From Macrostomum lignano (taxonomy: Eukaryota), in the NCBI GenBank assembly GCA_002269645.1, contig NIVC01000996.1, positions 62,001-126,000 on the forward strand: a stretch of DNA of 64,000 nt. Direction: 5' to 3'. This document shows positions 24,744 to 37,222 of the stretch, piece by piece; the stretch's first letter is position 1, and each line of letters starts with the position of its first letter. The notes under the pieces are model-generated. The model made no database searches. It saw only the letters and a list, made by a program, of their open reading frames with translations, and was not told the origin of the DNA. Position numbers and translations under genes: made by a program.

Positions 24744-27235
24744 ATGTCGAACGGAAACGGCCGACTTCAGCTCGTTCTGAGCATCGACATGCCAAGCACG
24801 GGCCAGAAGCAGGTGCGACAGGCGTCTCCTCAGCCGATGTCGCCGATCGATCCTCCGCGTCAGTCGACGCCCGTCAGGTCGACTCCACCGCCGCATCAGC
24901 CGCCAGCGCATGAAGCTGTCACACCCAAACAGCTGATCCTATTAGCGAGCTCATCAACAGCGCCAGGAACAACTAAATTGGCCGAAATCTCAGCTCGATC
25001 AAACGCCGAACCGGACACCGAGTCCGAGACTGACGCTGACGTTCCGGACGCTTTTCTTTCGGCCAGGCAGCGCCGCCAGAGGCAGCAAGCAGAGATGGAA
25101 CAGCGCCTGTTCCGCGCCCCAACTCGGTCGGACATTCAGCGCGGCGGCAGCGGCCAGAAGCTGGTCAGATTCGACGAGCCAACGGCGTCTCCAGCGGTGG
25201 TCAACTTGTCAGGATTTTTCGCCCGACAGGCAGCTCGTGCTCGGCCGATATTCTCGCGGAAATTTGATCGCCTATCTAGGAAGAGCCACGCGGTCAGGGA
25301 TGAAAAGTCGCGCGGCATGGTAAGTAAAGACCGCGAGGCGCAACCCACCGGACTGCTGAGTCTGGCCACTCTCGACGTGGCGCAAGCGGCAAGCAGCCCG
25401 AGGAGGCAGCAGCCGGCAGGCGGCTGCAGACGTCGATGCCGTGGAAAGTCTAGCGGAGGTGTCGGAGCGGCTTCTAAACTGCCCATGCGGATAGGAACTA
25501 ATTATCCTTGTAGTTCGACACCCATACCAGCCTCAGTGACGTCATTCGTCGGGTGCTCCGACATTGTCAAGAGACGGCAGCTTCATCCGCCGTCCTCACC
25601 GGTTGGGACTTCGGTGAGAAGCAAACCAACTTTGGGCACTTAATCGTATTTGCTGAAAGCAACTCTTGTTTCACAAAAGGATTAAAAAAGCTACTGTCGT
25701 TACTGCAGGCTTTAGGATGTCTTATTAACGATATTTGCCCGAAAGTTAGTGAGGAGGACAAGTAGTCTTATTCCTTCCAAATGCGAATCAAGTGCACATA
25801 CTCACGCAAGCTTTTCGTCTACTATTTGTCACACTGCAACTAGCCTTTCGCCATGGGGTGGTGCCCTTTCTGAATATAACCTGAATATAAACCCATTTCA
25901 GAAACTGTAAATCTAGTCACAGAATTTGCTTGTATTTCGCTAGAATAATTGCATTTCGGAAGATTTTAAGTTAGAAAGGGGTTGTAGCCTAGTGGTTGTA
26001 GCATGCGTAAGCAGGCAGTTCGGGACACCCAGCTTGCACTCAGTGGTTCCACTCAGTGTAAGAGTTCTTTCCTAAATTCTTTCGGAAGATTTTAGGTTAG
26101 AAAGGGGTGTAGCCTAGTGGTTGTAGCATGCGTAAGCAGGCAGTTCGGGACACCCAGCTTGCACTCAGTGGCTCCACTCAGTGTATCCGCTTCCCCCTTG
26201 CTCGAGCACATCCCAACGCGCACTCAATGAATCGGAAATCTGAGTTCTGCCAGACAATAAATGTACAGGCACAGCCACCTTCTACTTCTCCACCTTTTTG
26301 AGTGGCTAATTAACACTCGCAATAACCAGCTAGAGGTTCTCGCTACAGTGGTTAGAACGTCGGACTCATGACTGAAAGGTCGGGAGTTCGATTCCCGATC
26401 CCACTGGAACAATTTGTGTCCTTGATAAAGACACTTAATTCTGTAGATGTTTCAGCTCACCCAGCTGTAAAATGGGTGCCAGCATTAGCTGGGGTAATTG
26501 AGGGTGTGTGTGGCCACCCCCCAGTCCTTGGACTGAACAGCCGTACGCAGCCTTCAGATGTGCCGCGCAATAGCTGCGGCTGAGCTGTCGGTTGCACATC
26601 TGCTCAATTTTTAGTCATTTGTATAATATTTTTATTTTTAAAGAACAAATGATACAATGATGCTGTTTTCGACGGTTGGTCAGACAAGGAAGATCCAATA
26701 GACAAACCGACTTAATTGGCATCGCTTCCATCTACATCTAAGAGTCTCATTTCTTCCCATGACACCCTAATTTTCTAAATCTCTCCCTCTTGTGGGAGGC
26801 CCTCAATCGAGGATGGAAGAGATACAATATAGTAAAATCGAGGATTAAAGCTTTCTTTTACTGTTTCTTGCATTTTCTGTTGCTATGTTTTTCTACTACA
26901 AAACATTACTATTGAAGTTCAATATGCGATAGGTGCGAATAGACATCGATCTGACGCCTGAAGGTCAGCAGCAGCCGCAGCAACAGCAGCAACAGCAAAA
27001 AAGCCACCAGAGTCACCAGCTATCAGATCTGTTTGGTCGGTTTCACCTGAGCAGAGATTCTTTGAAAATGACTACATCCGATGACACTCAGCAGCAGCAG
27101 CAGCAGCAGCAGCAGGTGAACTCAACACAGTTTCGCCTGGCTGAGCCTCGTCTGAAGCTGAATCATTTCTCCAGTTCACGAAATCCTGGTTCTTACTACT
27201 ATTTGAACACTCGGATGCATATTCACACTCCGTGA
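24744..27235 (+). CDS. Orphan Pro/Ser/Gln-rich protein, probably two exons (24744-25319 or -25613; 26933-27235)
   Basis: GC-rich ATG-started ORF with two phase-0 donors (ATG|GTAAGT at 25320, TCG|GTGAGA at 25614). A phase-0 acceptor (GATAG|GTG at 26933) leads into a poly-Q exon. No domain was recognised. Confidence 0.55.
25955..26185 (+). repeat. Two-copy ~123-bp tandem duplication starting with a SINE-A-like head
   Basis: TTCGGAAGATTTTA.GTTAGAAAGGGGT.GTAGCCTAGTGGTTGTAGC...CCACTCAGTGTA occurs twice. Confidence 0.8.
26335..26602 (+). mobile_element. SINE family A, near full length
   Basis: tRNA-like head (CAGTGGTTAG...GGACTCATGAC...GGGAGTTCGATTCCC B-box), CORE-like domain and GC-rich tail ending GTTGCACATCTG. 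Confidence 0.88.
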
Positions 27236-28628
27236 TGCTTGGGAACTTTTTTAATTGCAGAACGTCAAAATATTTGCCATCATTACTTAGCTTTTGTTAT
27301 GTGAGCTAAATTTTTTTTGCACCATTTCACTTTCTATGTCACTGAAATTTTTACTAGCTAAGATTTTTTATGTATTCCTCTGTTCGCTTTCCATACTACT
27401 TACAAGCGTCTGATCGCGTTGTTCATGAAAGTTTTTTAAACGCTGTTTTTATCTTATTATGAGCTGAAATATTTTTTACATTAGTACAAAGGTGGAGTAT
27501 ACAAAACAAGCCTTACAATGCTTCTCTTTGTAGAAAAAAAATGTGAGTTAATTTAAGTGCAAAAATTTTTGAAAAATTCATAAATCAAAGAAAATGTATC
27601 GTTTATAACAATGGGTTGTTTTAATCTCTTTTTTAGCCAGAAGCTAGCTAATGTACACCGCAGGTGCACGGGTTTCGAATGCATTCGACAAAACGTAGGA
27701 CGCTACGATTACTGCATTTTTTAAATGAATACAATAAATTGGTCAAACAAATTTCAGTACATTTAAAACCCAGCAAATGAATAATGAGAAAGACAGCTCT
27801 CAGTACGCTATGCAATCAGAAATTGTTATAAAAATCCAGCTCAATATTAAATTTCTTTCAATGACGCACTTGGGGGCAACCGTTAGAGACCAATCGCTAG
27901 AGATGTGTATCGTGCAGTTGATGTTAAAATGTCATCAAATCTTCTAGAATGGGGTACATTTAGTCAAGGAAAGTACTCTAAACTAAGCTAAAAATCGCCG
28001 ACGTCGTTTCAAGCTTATTCTTTTGAACAAAAATACCAGACAGAGTAAGACTACTATAGAAAAATAAGTATACAGCAGCAATCTGGTTATCAGGTCAAGT
28101 TATGTCCAATCAGCAGATCAGATGCGCGCTTCTCGAGCAAGACTAGAATCCACATCCTCAGATCCTGATCGCCGGAAAGGGGAGACGTCAAATTAGTCCG
28201 CTAATGGAGCAGGAAATTAGTGTAGAATTGGTTCTCCATGTTTCAGTCAGCCCCAGACGGGAGAAATTGGAACCTTAAGTCAACTTGTCAACTTGTGCAC
28301 GTGTAGAGTAACCAAGATAGCTCAGGCAAGAACTAAACTTTTATTCTACTCGTATTTGAAAGTTGGAGCGTTGAGACGTCTCATATTGGCCTCATTCTTT
28401 CGAATTAACAATTTAATAAACTATAATACAGAGCGAATCCAATGCTAAGGCTCTGGAAACCGATTCTTCTCTCTCCGCATGTAGCTGGGTGAGATGCCGA
28501 AGATTTTTACGATTCTATGCTCATCTATGGTCTAACAGAGAGATCAGACAGACACCACCAGTCCGATAAACCCATTCCTCATATTTGGACCAACTTAACA
28601 TCCCCTTAGTGCAATTTTAAGCAAACGC

Positions 28629-30032
28629 TTAGTTCAACGTTTGCAGCAGCTTGATGCGATAGGGCCGCGCAACATCACGGCGTCGCAGCATCTTGCGCAT
28701 CCGTTCAACATCGCCGCCGCCAATGGAGTCGAACCAGTGCAAGTCCAAATCGCGACAGAGGCCGTGGAATCGTTGAAACACCTCCGTGTAGCCCTGCTTG
28801 CCCAGCCGACTGTTCGACTCGTATGACAGCAGATTGTACAGCAGATTCTTCAGCCGTTGGTTTACTTTCGGTCGGTCGTCAACTTTTGGCCGAACGTTGG
28901 CTCGCCAGAGTTTGAGAAAGGACCGTTTCAGCTGCTTGTCATTGCTCGGTGGCGTCCCGGTGCCATCGGAGTTCGTCGCGGAGTTGTTAGCAGCTGCGGT
29001 TGCTGCCGGGGACTCGAGAATTTTGGCTCGGTGCTCTTCAAAAGGCAGCCGGCCGTAGATCATGTGGAACATGAGCGCGCCAAGGCTGTACCAGTCCACT
29101 GAGTGATCAACCATCCGGCTGCCCTCCTCCAGCTGTTCGGGTGGCACCCAACGGATTGAGGCAAAGACGGACACAGAGCAGGGACTGCCCCAATAATAGT
29201 AGGGATTCTCAATCGCTTTACCGAGAGCGCAGGCTTTGGCCAAGCCAAAATCGCCAAGTTTCACGTCGCCCGCTTCATCGATTAGGACGTTGTCGATTTT
29301 CAAGTCAAAATGAATGAATCCGCTCTCGTGCAGGTAGCTAAGCGCTTCAGCCACCTGCAGCGACAGGTAAGTCACGTAGGTCTGCAAGTTCACAGCCTCG
29401 CGGTGCCGCTCATCGGTGCCAGCGATGTGGTCCAGCAAGTTCATGGCGTCTCCGATGGCGTAGTACTCGTAAACTTCAAACGGTCGATCCGTGGTGGTGA
29501 GGGCGTACTGCGAATCTAATAGCTTCGCTATAAACGGATGATCGCAGTGCTTAATGTGCGAGATACTTTTCACAATGTCCATCGATTCGAGGTTGCGGCA
29601 GTGAAGCTCCAACGATTCGGACTGGTGCGGTTCTGCGCTCATGTGCTTCTTGATCTGTTTGACAACCACCGACCGGCCGGTCTGTAGCGCCAGCAGCTGT
29701 CGATCTTTGATTCCGTCTTCGAGACCGTCGCCAAGCAGCTTCGCCGTTTGAATCACGGCCAGATGCGTTGTGCCGAACGAGCCCTCGCCGATTCTGGCGT
29801 ACAGTCGATAGGTAGCCGTGGCTGTCTCTAAAACTACCAGCTCATCGTCTTTGTTACCTTTCCCATTGCCAGCTCGAATGTGCTTGGCGCATTGCGGTAT
29901 TTCGAACTGCTGCTGTTGCTGCTGCCTTGTACCGCTGCTTGACCGAGATCCGCTGTTGGCACTGGGCACTCTGAGCTGATGCTGCTGCTGATGATGGCTA
30001 TTGCTGCTGCGCGACTGATGCGGGTGAAGCAT
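28629..30032 (-). CDS. Divergent Ser/Thr protein kinase (AGC-like), non-RD, single coding exon, 467 aa
   Basis: IGEGSFG Gly-loop, VVVK Lys, HFDLKIDN catalytic loop, DFG, VPPE and VDWYSLG, behind a Q/S-rich N-terminus. Confidence 0.92.
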   Translation of the reverse strand: MLHPHQSRSSNSHHQQQHQLRVPSANSGSRSSSGTRQQQQQQFEIPQCAKHIRAGNGKGNKDDELVVLETATATYRLYARIGEGSFGTTHLAVIQTAKLLGDGLEDGIKDRQLLALQTGRSVVVKQIKKHMSAEPHQSESLELHCRNLESMDIVKSISHIKHCDHPFIAKLLDSQYALTTTDRPFEVYEYYAIGDAMNLLDHIAGTDERHREAVNLQTYVTYLSLQVAEALSYLHESGFIHFDLKIDNVLIDEAGDVKLGDFGLAKACALGKAIENPYYYWGSPCSVSVFASIRWVPPEQLEEGSRMVDHSVDWYSLGALMFHMIYGRLPFEEHRAKILESPAATAAANNSATNSDGTGTPPSNDKQLKRSFLKLWRANVRPKVDDRPKVNQRLKNLLYNLLSYESNSRLGKQGYTEVFQRFHGLCRDLDLHWFDSIGGGDVERMRKMLRRRDVARPYRIKLLQTLN

Positions 30033-31342
30033 TTTCTGTGTGCGAATGCGTTTTCAACTGGTGAATACCTGAGTCTGAGTTCTATCTGTGTCTCACTTGA
30101 GAATACCTGTTAGTTTTGCGTAGGCACACGGGATTTATTACTTTTGAGCTCTTGTGCTCATCAAATTTGTTGCTCTAACTATTTGGACAGTCTCTCCCTC
30201 ACTCCAATTCGACACTTCGTTTGTGTCTCTTTGGTCTCTGTCTCTTTGGTTTGTGGACTGCGCTTGTCCAGCGTCGTGGGAGTACAGTGCCCCTAGAGTG
30301 TGTCTGAGGGTGTGTGTGTGTTTGCATGACCTCATCTGGGTAGAAATATTCTGCAAAATGCTGCGTAGTAGAAGAAGAATGACACCGAAAAGAGACGATC
30401 TTGCTGGCACTGGCTGACTGACAGATATCTATAGACCGACGCTGCTAGATTGAACGGACTGAAAAGAAAAGAGAAGAGAGAGGGGGGAGAGGGAACGACA
30501 ATGTATCAGTTAAGGTTTGATAGCAGCTGCGGCTCACAAAGAGGTTTTTGCTGGACTAAACTGACAGAGCAACTAGAAACAAGAAACACTTTTCCGCCGC
30601 GCCCCCCGCTGCGCGGGCACCCATCATGCAGCCTCTTGTTCGCTCGGCGGTTCGGGCAGGCGAGTAAGTTTGGCATCATCACATCACAACTATCATCGGC
30701 CCTGTAATTTTACTTTGCTATTCCATGCCCTGTACCGCTCTGCCGCAGTAAAGAGAGCTGATCGTTCGGAGATAAAAGAAGGGACGGGTGGTTGTGTCAG
30801 TTTGACGAGCGCCCCCGCCCACAAATTCTTGAATTGTGCTTCATGCACGAGGCTGTTATGCTCCCTCCTGCTAAGGTAAAATCGCTTAAAAGTGGTTTTT
30901 ATTCATTCGGACACCAGAACTCGCCTTGTTTGCCAGGGTCCCTCCTTTGATACTTCAATTTGCTTGTAGCGTAAAGTAATACTTGAGAGATTTAATTATC
31001 TTTAATTGCTGTCTTCTCACAGCAAAATAATTATACGACTGATAGCTACAGATACTTGGGTCGTGTACCATATGTAAAGTCCATGTAGAATTAAATGCAT
31101 TTAACTCGCTACCAAGGACCACTAAAAACACTTTGTTATAGAAGGACGCGTTAAACTCTTGATTCGTGTAAAAATGGTTGAAGGCCGATACGTTGCCGTA
31201 ATACATTAGCGAGATAGATAAATTATGACTGGCCATGTCGTGAGAAAGATTTTAAAGGATATATTTATATATATGCGGGTATGCGGGTTCTGTCTTATAA
31301 ATGATCTCAATCATGGATAGAACCCTATTCGGTGTCTCAATT

Positions 31343-31949
31343 GGGGGCCCATCACAAGCTCGAAAAATCACATCGTCGAAAAGCATCCACCATCACAAGC
31401 TCGAAATATCATAAGCTCGAAAAATCATATCGTCGAAAAATTTAGCAACTACCATCACAAGCTCGAAAAGTCATAAGCTCGAAAAATCACATCGTCGAAA
31501 AGCATCCACCATCACAAGCTCGAAATATCATAAGCTCGAAAAATCATATCGTCGAAAAATTTAGCAACTACCATCACAAGCTCGAAAAGTCATAAGCTCG
31601 AAAAATCATATCGTCGAAAAGTTTAGCAACCACCATCACAAGCTCGAATAGGGTTAGGGTTAGAGCTTGTGCCTTAGGGTTAGGGTTTAGGGTTAAGTTT
31701 AGGGTTGGAGTTAGAACTTGTGCCTTAGGGTAAGGGTTAGGTTAGGGTCGGGGTTAGAACTTGTGCCTTTAAGTTAGGGTTTAGGGTTAGGTTAGGGTCG
31801 GGGTTAGAACTTGTGCCTTTAAGTTAGGGTTTAGGGTTAGGTTAGGGTTGGGGTTAGGGTTAGTGCCTTAGGGTTATGGTTCAGGGTTAGGCTAGGGTAT
31901 TGGTGCCTTAGGGTTAGGGTTAGTTATGGGTTGCTTATGATGGCGACCC
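31343..31949. mobile_element. Non-autonomous TIR element filled with CATCACAAGCTCGAAA repeats and degenerate TTAGGG repeats
   Basis: Left end GGGGGCCCATCACAAGC vs right-end reverse complement GGGTCGCCATCATAAGC. Flanks TCTCAATT (31335-31342) and TCTCAATC (31950-31957) form an 8-bp TSD with 1 mismatch. The telomere-like tract is 31650-31925. Confidence 0.65.
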
Positions 31950-33071
31950 TCTCAATCTTACAGAATTTTCTTGAATCTACATACAATCTGACGCGAAAAT
32001 TAACTTTTTTCGATTTGGATTAATTCACAGATACAGAAATTTTAATAATCGGCATTAAACTATTTTTGCACGATTTGCAAGCGTTGCGTGCTGAGCTTAA
32101 AAAAAGTCACTTATTAGTTTCCTCTCTATTTTAGTCGCGACTTGGTCCCTGAAATTTTGCGATTCCTGGCACACAAGTAGCTAAAGGTCAGGAATTCGGC
32201 AAGCCAAGGTGTTTGACAAAAGTCTGAGGGCAGAATCTTATCCCGTGCAACATTCCGACGTCCACCGATGGATGTCGCTAGAAAATAGGTATTTTTACCT
32301 TTCGCAGACGCATGACGAAGTTATAATGTCGAGGCCAAGCGTCGGTGCAATGTAAACTTATCCATTTGATAGCGACGTGGACGATACATCGAATTGCTGT
32401 ACGAGGAGGAATCTGAAAGTTTTCTATTACCATTTACTGCGCTGCATTGCACAACAAAATTAATGGAAGCGTGCTTTTGTTCAGTTAAGAGAAGTCAAAC
32501 AGGATTTTATTTCAAAATGAAATTAACACAGAGCTCGGATTTTCGTAAAAGTTAATAATTGTGATCTTCTCCCTGCCTACTGATGCAGTGCAGTAGTAAG
32601 TTAAACATCCAAGTAGAGAATAAATAATCAATTGCTTGTTTAAAAACAGCGACGATAGAAGTAATATCAACTTTAGGGCGTTGGTGTTTTGGAAGAAGTT
32701 GGCCAGCAAACACGAGAATAAAGATAGAGAAGAACAAGTATGATGGTCAGGTGTCAATAAATATGCAGCAACTGCGGCTGATAAGAACTCGATAGCTAAG
32801 CAGATGCTTCCGCTAAATTATATAATTGTTACGAGCGCGTAAATAAGCAAAATCAGAGTTAGAATAGTTCATTTTTTGGAAAAGTCGGTTAAAATCTACT
32901 TTACACTATTTTAAGATAAAACAGCAAAAAGGCTTTTTTGAAAAAATACTTTGAAGATAATCTGATAATATATATATATCATGAAAAGAGATGTACACAG
33001 GGGACTTAAACACATGATAAGAACTTTTTATTATATGAAGAATTTATGCGTTTAAGTAATTGAAATTCTGC

Positions 33072-34082
33072 TCAGGTGTTACCGCCAGCGCCTCCGGAAG
33101 CTTTGCCGCCGCCGACTAGCTCCAGGATGCAGAATACGCCGGAAACGATGGCGCAAATTGACGAATAGGCGAGGCGATCGGAGAAGTTCACCGCCTGACC
33201 GATGCCCAGGGCGACAATAGCGCTCAGACCTGCGCGTGGATCGGCAATCGTGGTTTAAGGACTTCGGGCAGGCACAAACAAATGGATGAATAATAATTTG
33301 ATGTGGATATAAAACGTATTTATGTTGAGTGCGTGATGAACAAATTAATCAACGAATCAACGAATTATTTAACCGAATAATGAACGAATTAAATAAAAAT
33401 AACGACTCAGTAAACGAACGAATTAACGAAAGGATGAATAAAGAAAATAATAAAAAAACTGAAAGAACAATGAGTGATTAACGAATAAAGAAACGAACTA
33501 TTTAATGAATGAGAACACGATATCACAAATGAATATAGGAATAAATTAACAAATGAATGAAACCAATATAATGAACGATTAAACAAACGAAATAATTAAT
33601 GAGTTAGCATATGGATAAACGAAACAATAAAAACGGACGAAATAATGAACAAACGAACGGACAAACAAACATGCAAACATTTTATACTTTACGAGCAAAC
33701 TCATAACAAACAAGAACCAGAAGAAGATAGAAGCATAAGATTAGAAGCCATCTCAGGTTAAATTTTTGTAGGTGCAAATCTATTAATATTAAAGACAGGA
33801 GAAAAACGACTCACCAGCAATAAAAACAACAACCAAATCAACGATTAGCACAATTTTATTTCCGGCAGTCTCGTCAACAAACAAGTAGAGAAAGGTGAGC
33901 AACACGCCGGCAAAATAGGTGACAATGCCGATTATAAGAAACGCTTGAAGCGCCTTTTCGGTTGAATCTGAGCCCAAAGTCGTCGCGCTCCTGACTTCCG
34001 AGGCCGCTAGCCATACAACAAAGCCGATGGTAATTAGCGCCCAGGTGCACTTCATCCACACGGATCCACCGTTAAAAGCCAT
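33072..34082 (-). CDS. Small four-TM membrane protein, two exons (34082-33815, 33229-33072), ~141 aa
   Basis: Exon 1 MAFNGGSVWMKCTWALITIGF...VVVFIA ends at G|GTGAGT. Acceptor CGCGCAG|GT continues in phase 1 as GLSAIVALGIG...SSICAIVSGVFCILELVGGGKASGGAGGNT*. Four hydrophobic segments. Confidence 0.75.
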
Positions 34083-36394
34083 TATGGCTAGATTGCTCTC
34101 GGTTGCCAATGAAAAAAGTATATAGCAGGTGTTCCAATTCCCGTATGCGTCTTCTGTTGCAACTCCGACTAGCTTACCGTTGAGTGTGTCGAAACTACCG
34201 ATCTACCGGCATTATTTCACACGTGCTTATATAACGCTCCAATTTTTCTACCCTGACAACTAAGCAGTCCTTCGTCACAACAAGAGCCTTCAGCCAATTG
34301 TAGGGCAGCGAGAGAATAAAAATTTCCTGAAATAAAACTCTGTTTAACTGCGGACCACCCGAGAACTGGCCCACCTAAAAGTTCAGCTCTACGCACAATG
34401 GGGGAAGGGATTTCAAAGAGTTTTTCTCTCTTTCAAAAGCAGAATAAAATGGCTGCTTTTGCTGGATGTACGCACGGGAACTAACCGTAACCCTTAGCAA
34501 CTCAGCAGCTCACCTTCTCGTCCACATCCCCCCAGTCCCACCGCCCATCCTGTCTGTGTAAACAACGTTTAGCACAGCAGCTCTGGGGGGGAGAAGGACG
34601 GAAAAGTTCCCACGTCATATCAGTCCCCCATGGCTCTCACCTGCAACAATAATAGGTAGTTTATTGTATCGAGACAGGCAGAGAAAGAGCCTGTGTGTTC
34701 TGCACTTGTGGTGGGGGAGCGTGAATCAACAAACACAGCTGATGGACGTGACACGTGAATCATGGATATTTTTGAAGGCCGTCTCTCGTAAACAAGAAGT
34801 CTATTTATGAAGCTGATGCCAGTCGGGATGCTGTCCTATTAGTAGTGCAATTAGAGGTTAACTGACAAGCTGATCTATAATTTGACCTTTTGCGAGTGTT
34901 CATCGCAAAATTATGCACCTAAAATAAAATGTTTGGAGTTATTAACAGACTTTCCGTAGTTTTCCATAGCTAAAATATGAAAGTGTCACGATTATTGGTG
35001 TTGAGGCTATGACCCTTAGAAGGGCCGTTTTACGAGAGTTGCCGTAAGTCGTAGTCCCAAAATGAATCGAGTCAAGTCTTGAGAAGCGGATTGTGTAGCG
35101 GAGCACTTGGCATACAAGGCAGGTAACTGCCGTAGTTGTTTTATTGTTTAAATCAATATTCAAATTTGGTTAACGTTAATACAGAACTTATTGTACTTTT
35201 GGGACACTGGCGGCTGCAACAATGGTTTTGAATTGAAGGTGAATTAGAAATTGTAGTCGAGTGGTAGGTGAGTGATGCAGGGCGATGCAACGTGGTGAGT
35301 AGCGGCGATGAGCACAGAAGAGGCAGATGCGTAGTGGTGAGATTGGCGTTAGCCGTGGCAGACAGTGGCAGTGTAAACAGGCTGGCCCAGACAGCGGAGC
35401 CGTGGCGAGAGATAAGGAGGCAGACAGAAGGCAGGAGAAGGAAAACAAGAGCCGCGAAGAACAGACAAGTGAGGAGTGCCCGCCGCCAGGCGGGGGGTTA
35501 ATAAAGAGCGCAAAAGGGGGGGAGCGTAAAACACGGAGAGTTTTCATTGGCTGGCGAGAGAACTTGAAATTATCGATCGTGCCAAAATTCACAGGCGAGC
35601 GCGAGGCCTACCAAATACACAGTGAATTAGCAATTGATACAGATTACTTGCACGCTACTATAAGTAAACGTTAAAATAAACTATTGGAGAAATTAATATG
35701 AGAAATTGCGAGGGAAACTATAGTCCAACGGCCCTTTTGCGGGACCACTTAAACTAGCAACGTCACAAAAGTGTGTAGTAAGCTGCTGCTTGGCCAGAGG
35801 TTTATGTGCAGCAAACGAATTTACTATATACACAATTATGAGCAATCCATGCAGGGAGAGGTAACGAAAGCTAAGCAAAACAGCGCAACCATATTTGAGT
35901 AGGCAAAATCTCTCTGGAAGCTAAAATAGACAGGCTCTGTCTACCTTGCAGTGTTGACTGAAGGCAAATACGGGCGGGACAGCACGGAATGCAGCAGCAT
36001 GCAGAGCAAGCAGAGACTTCGGCTTGATCGTCAGGGACGAACGGGGGACATCTGGAGACCTGAACTGGACTGGAGGTACATAAGCATGGCATCACAGAAC
36101 CACATAGTCTCATCGTTTTATGCCCTAATACCATGCGATTATACTATAACTAACCTTATGTATACTTTGTTTTAATGTAGTAAAGTTTGTGAAAATTAAC
36201 TTTTTTCCAAATTACCTGCGCAACATTCTTTATTGTGGAGAAAAAATTGAAGGAAGGAATGATTATTATTTAGAATACTCTAGCAGTCTTTTAAATTAAA
36301 ATAATTTTATATAAGTCTAAACTATTGCTCCTTGATGTAAGCGTTGAAATTATTATATTATACGAGTATTTTAAAATAGAGATAAAAAGAAAGG

Positions 36395-37222
36395 AAAGAA
36401 AAAGGGTGGGAGAGCGGGATGTAGAAGAAATGAAGAGATGAAGACGGAGGGGGAGAAGGAGACAGAGAGGGAAAGGGAAATAGAGAGAGAGACGAAGAGG
36501 AAGAGGAAGAGGGAGAGGAAGAGGGAGAGGGAGATGAAGAGGGAGAGGGAGATGGAGAGGGAGATAGAGAGAGAGACGAAGAGGAAGAGGGAGAGGGAGA
36601 GGAAGAGGGAGAGGGAGATGAAGAGGGAGAGGGAGATGGAGAGGGAGATGAAGAGGGAGAGGGAGATGGAGAGGGAGATAGAGAGAGAGACGAAGAGGAA
36701 GAGGGAGGGGGAGATGAAGAGGGAGAGGAAGATGGAGAGGGAGAGGAAGAGGGAGAGGAAGAGGGAGAGGGAGATGAAGAGGGAGAGGGAGATGGAGAGG
36801 GAGATAGAGAGAGACGAAGAGGAAGAAGGAGAGGGAGAGGAAGAGGGAGAGGAAGAGGGAGAGGGAGATGGAGAGGGAGATAGAGAGAGACGAAGAGGAA
36901 GAAGGAGAGGGAGAGGAAGAGGGAGAGGAAGAGGGAGAGGGAGATGGAGAGGGAGAGGGAGATGGAGAGGGAGAGGAAGAGGGAGAGGGAGATGGAGAGG
37001 AAGAGGGAGATGGAGAGGGAGATAGAGAGAGAGACGAAGAGGAAGAGGGAGATGGAGAGGGAGAGGAAGAGGGAGAGGGAGATGGAGAGGAAGAGGGAGA
37101 GGGAGATGAAAAGGGAGAGGGAGATGGAGAGGGAGATAGAGAGAGAGACGAAGAGGAAGAGGGAGAGGGAGAGGGAGAGGGAGAGGAAGATGGAGAGGGA
37201 GATGGAGAGGGAGATGGAGGCA
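36395..37222. repeat. Purine-rich GA low-complexity satellite (GAGGGA/GAGGAA/GATGGA hexamers)
   Basis: Almost pure G/A tract with internal higher-order duplications. Confidence 0.95.

Noticed and set aside
26335-26405. tRNA gene (also 51830-51905 and 57530-57590)
   Set aside because: A/B boxes are present, but the acceptor stem does not close and each continues into a shared SINE body.
31650-31925. True telomere or chromosome-fusion site
   Set aside because: The tract is short, degenerate and single-orientation, and is enclosed by TIRs and a TSD.
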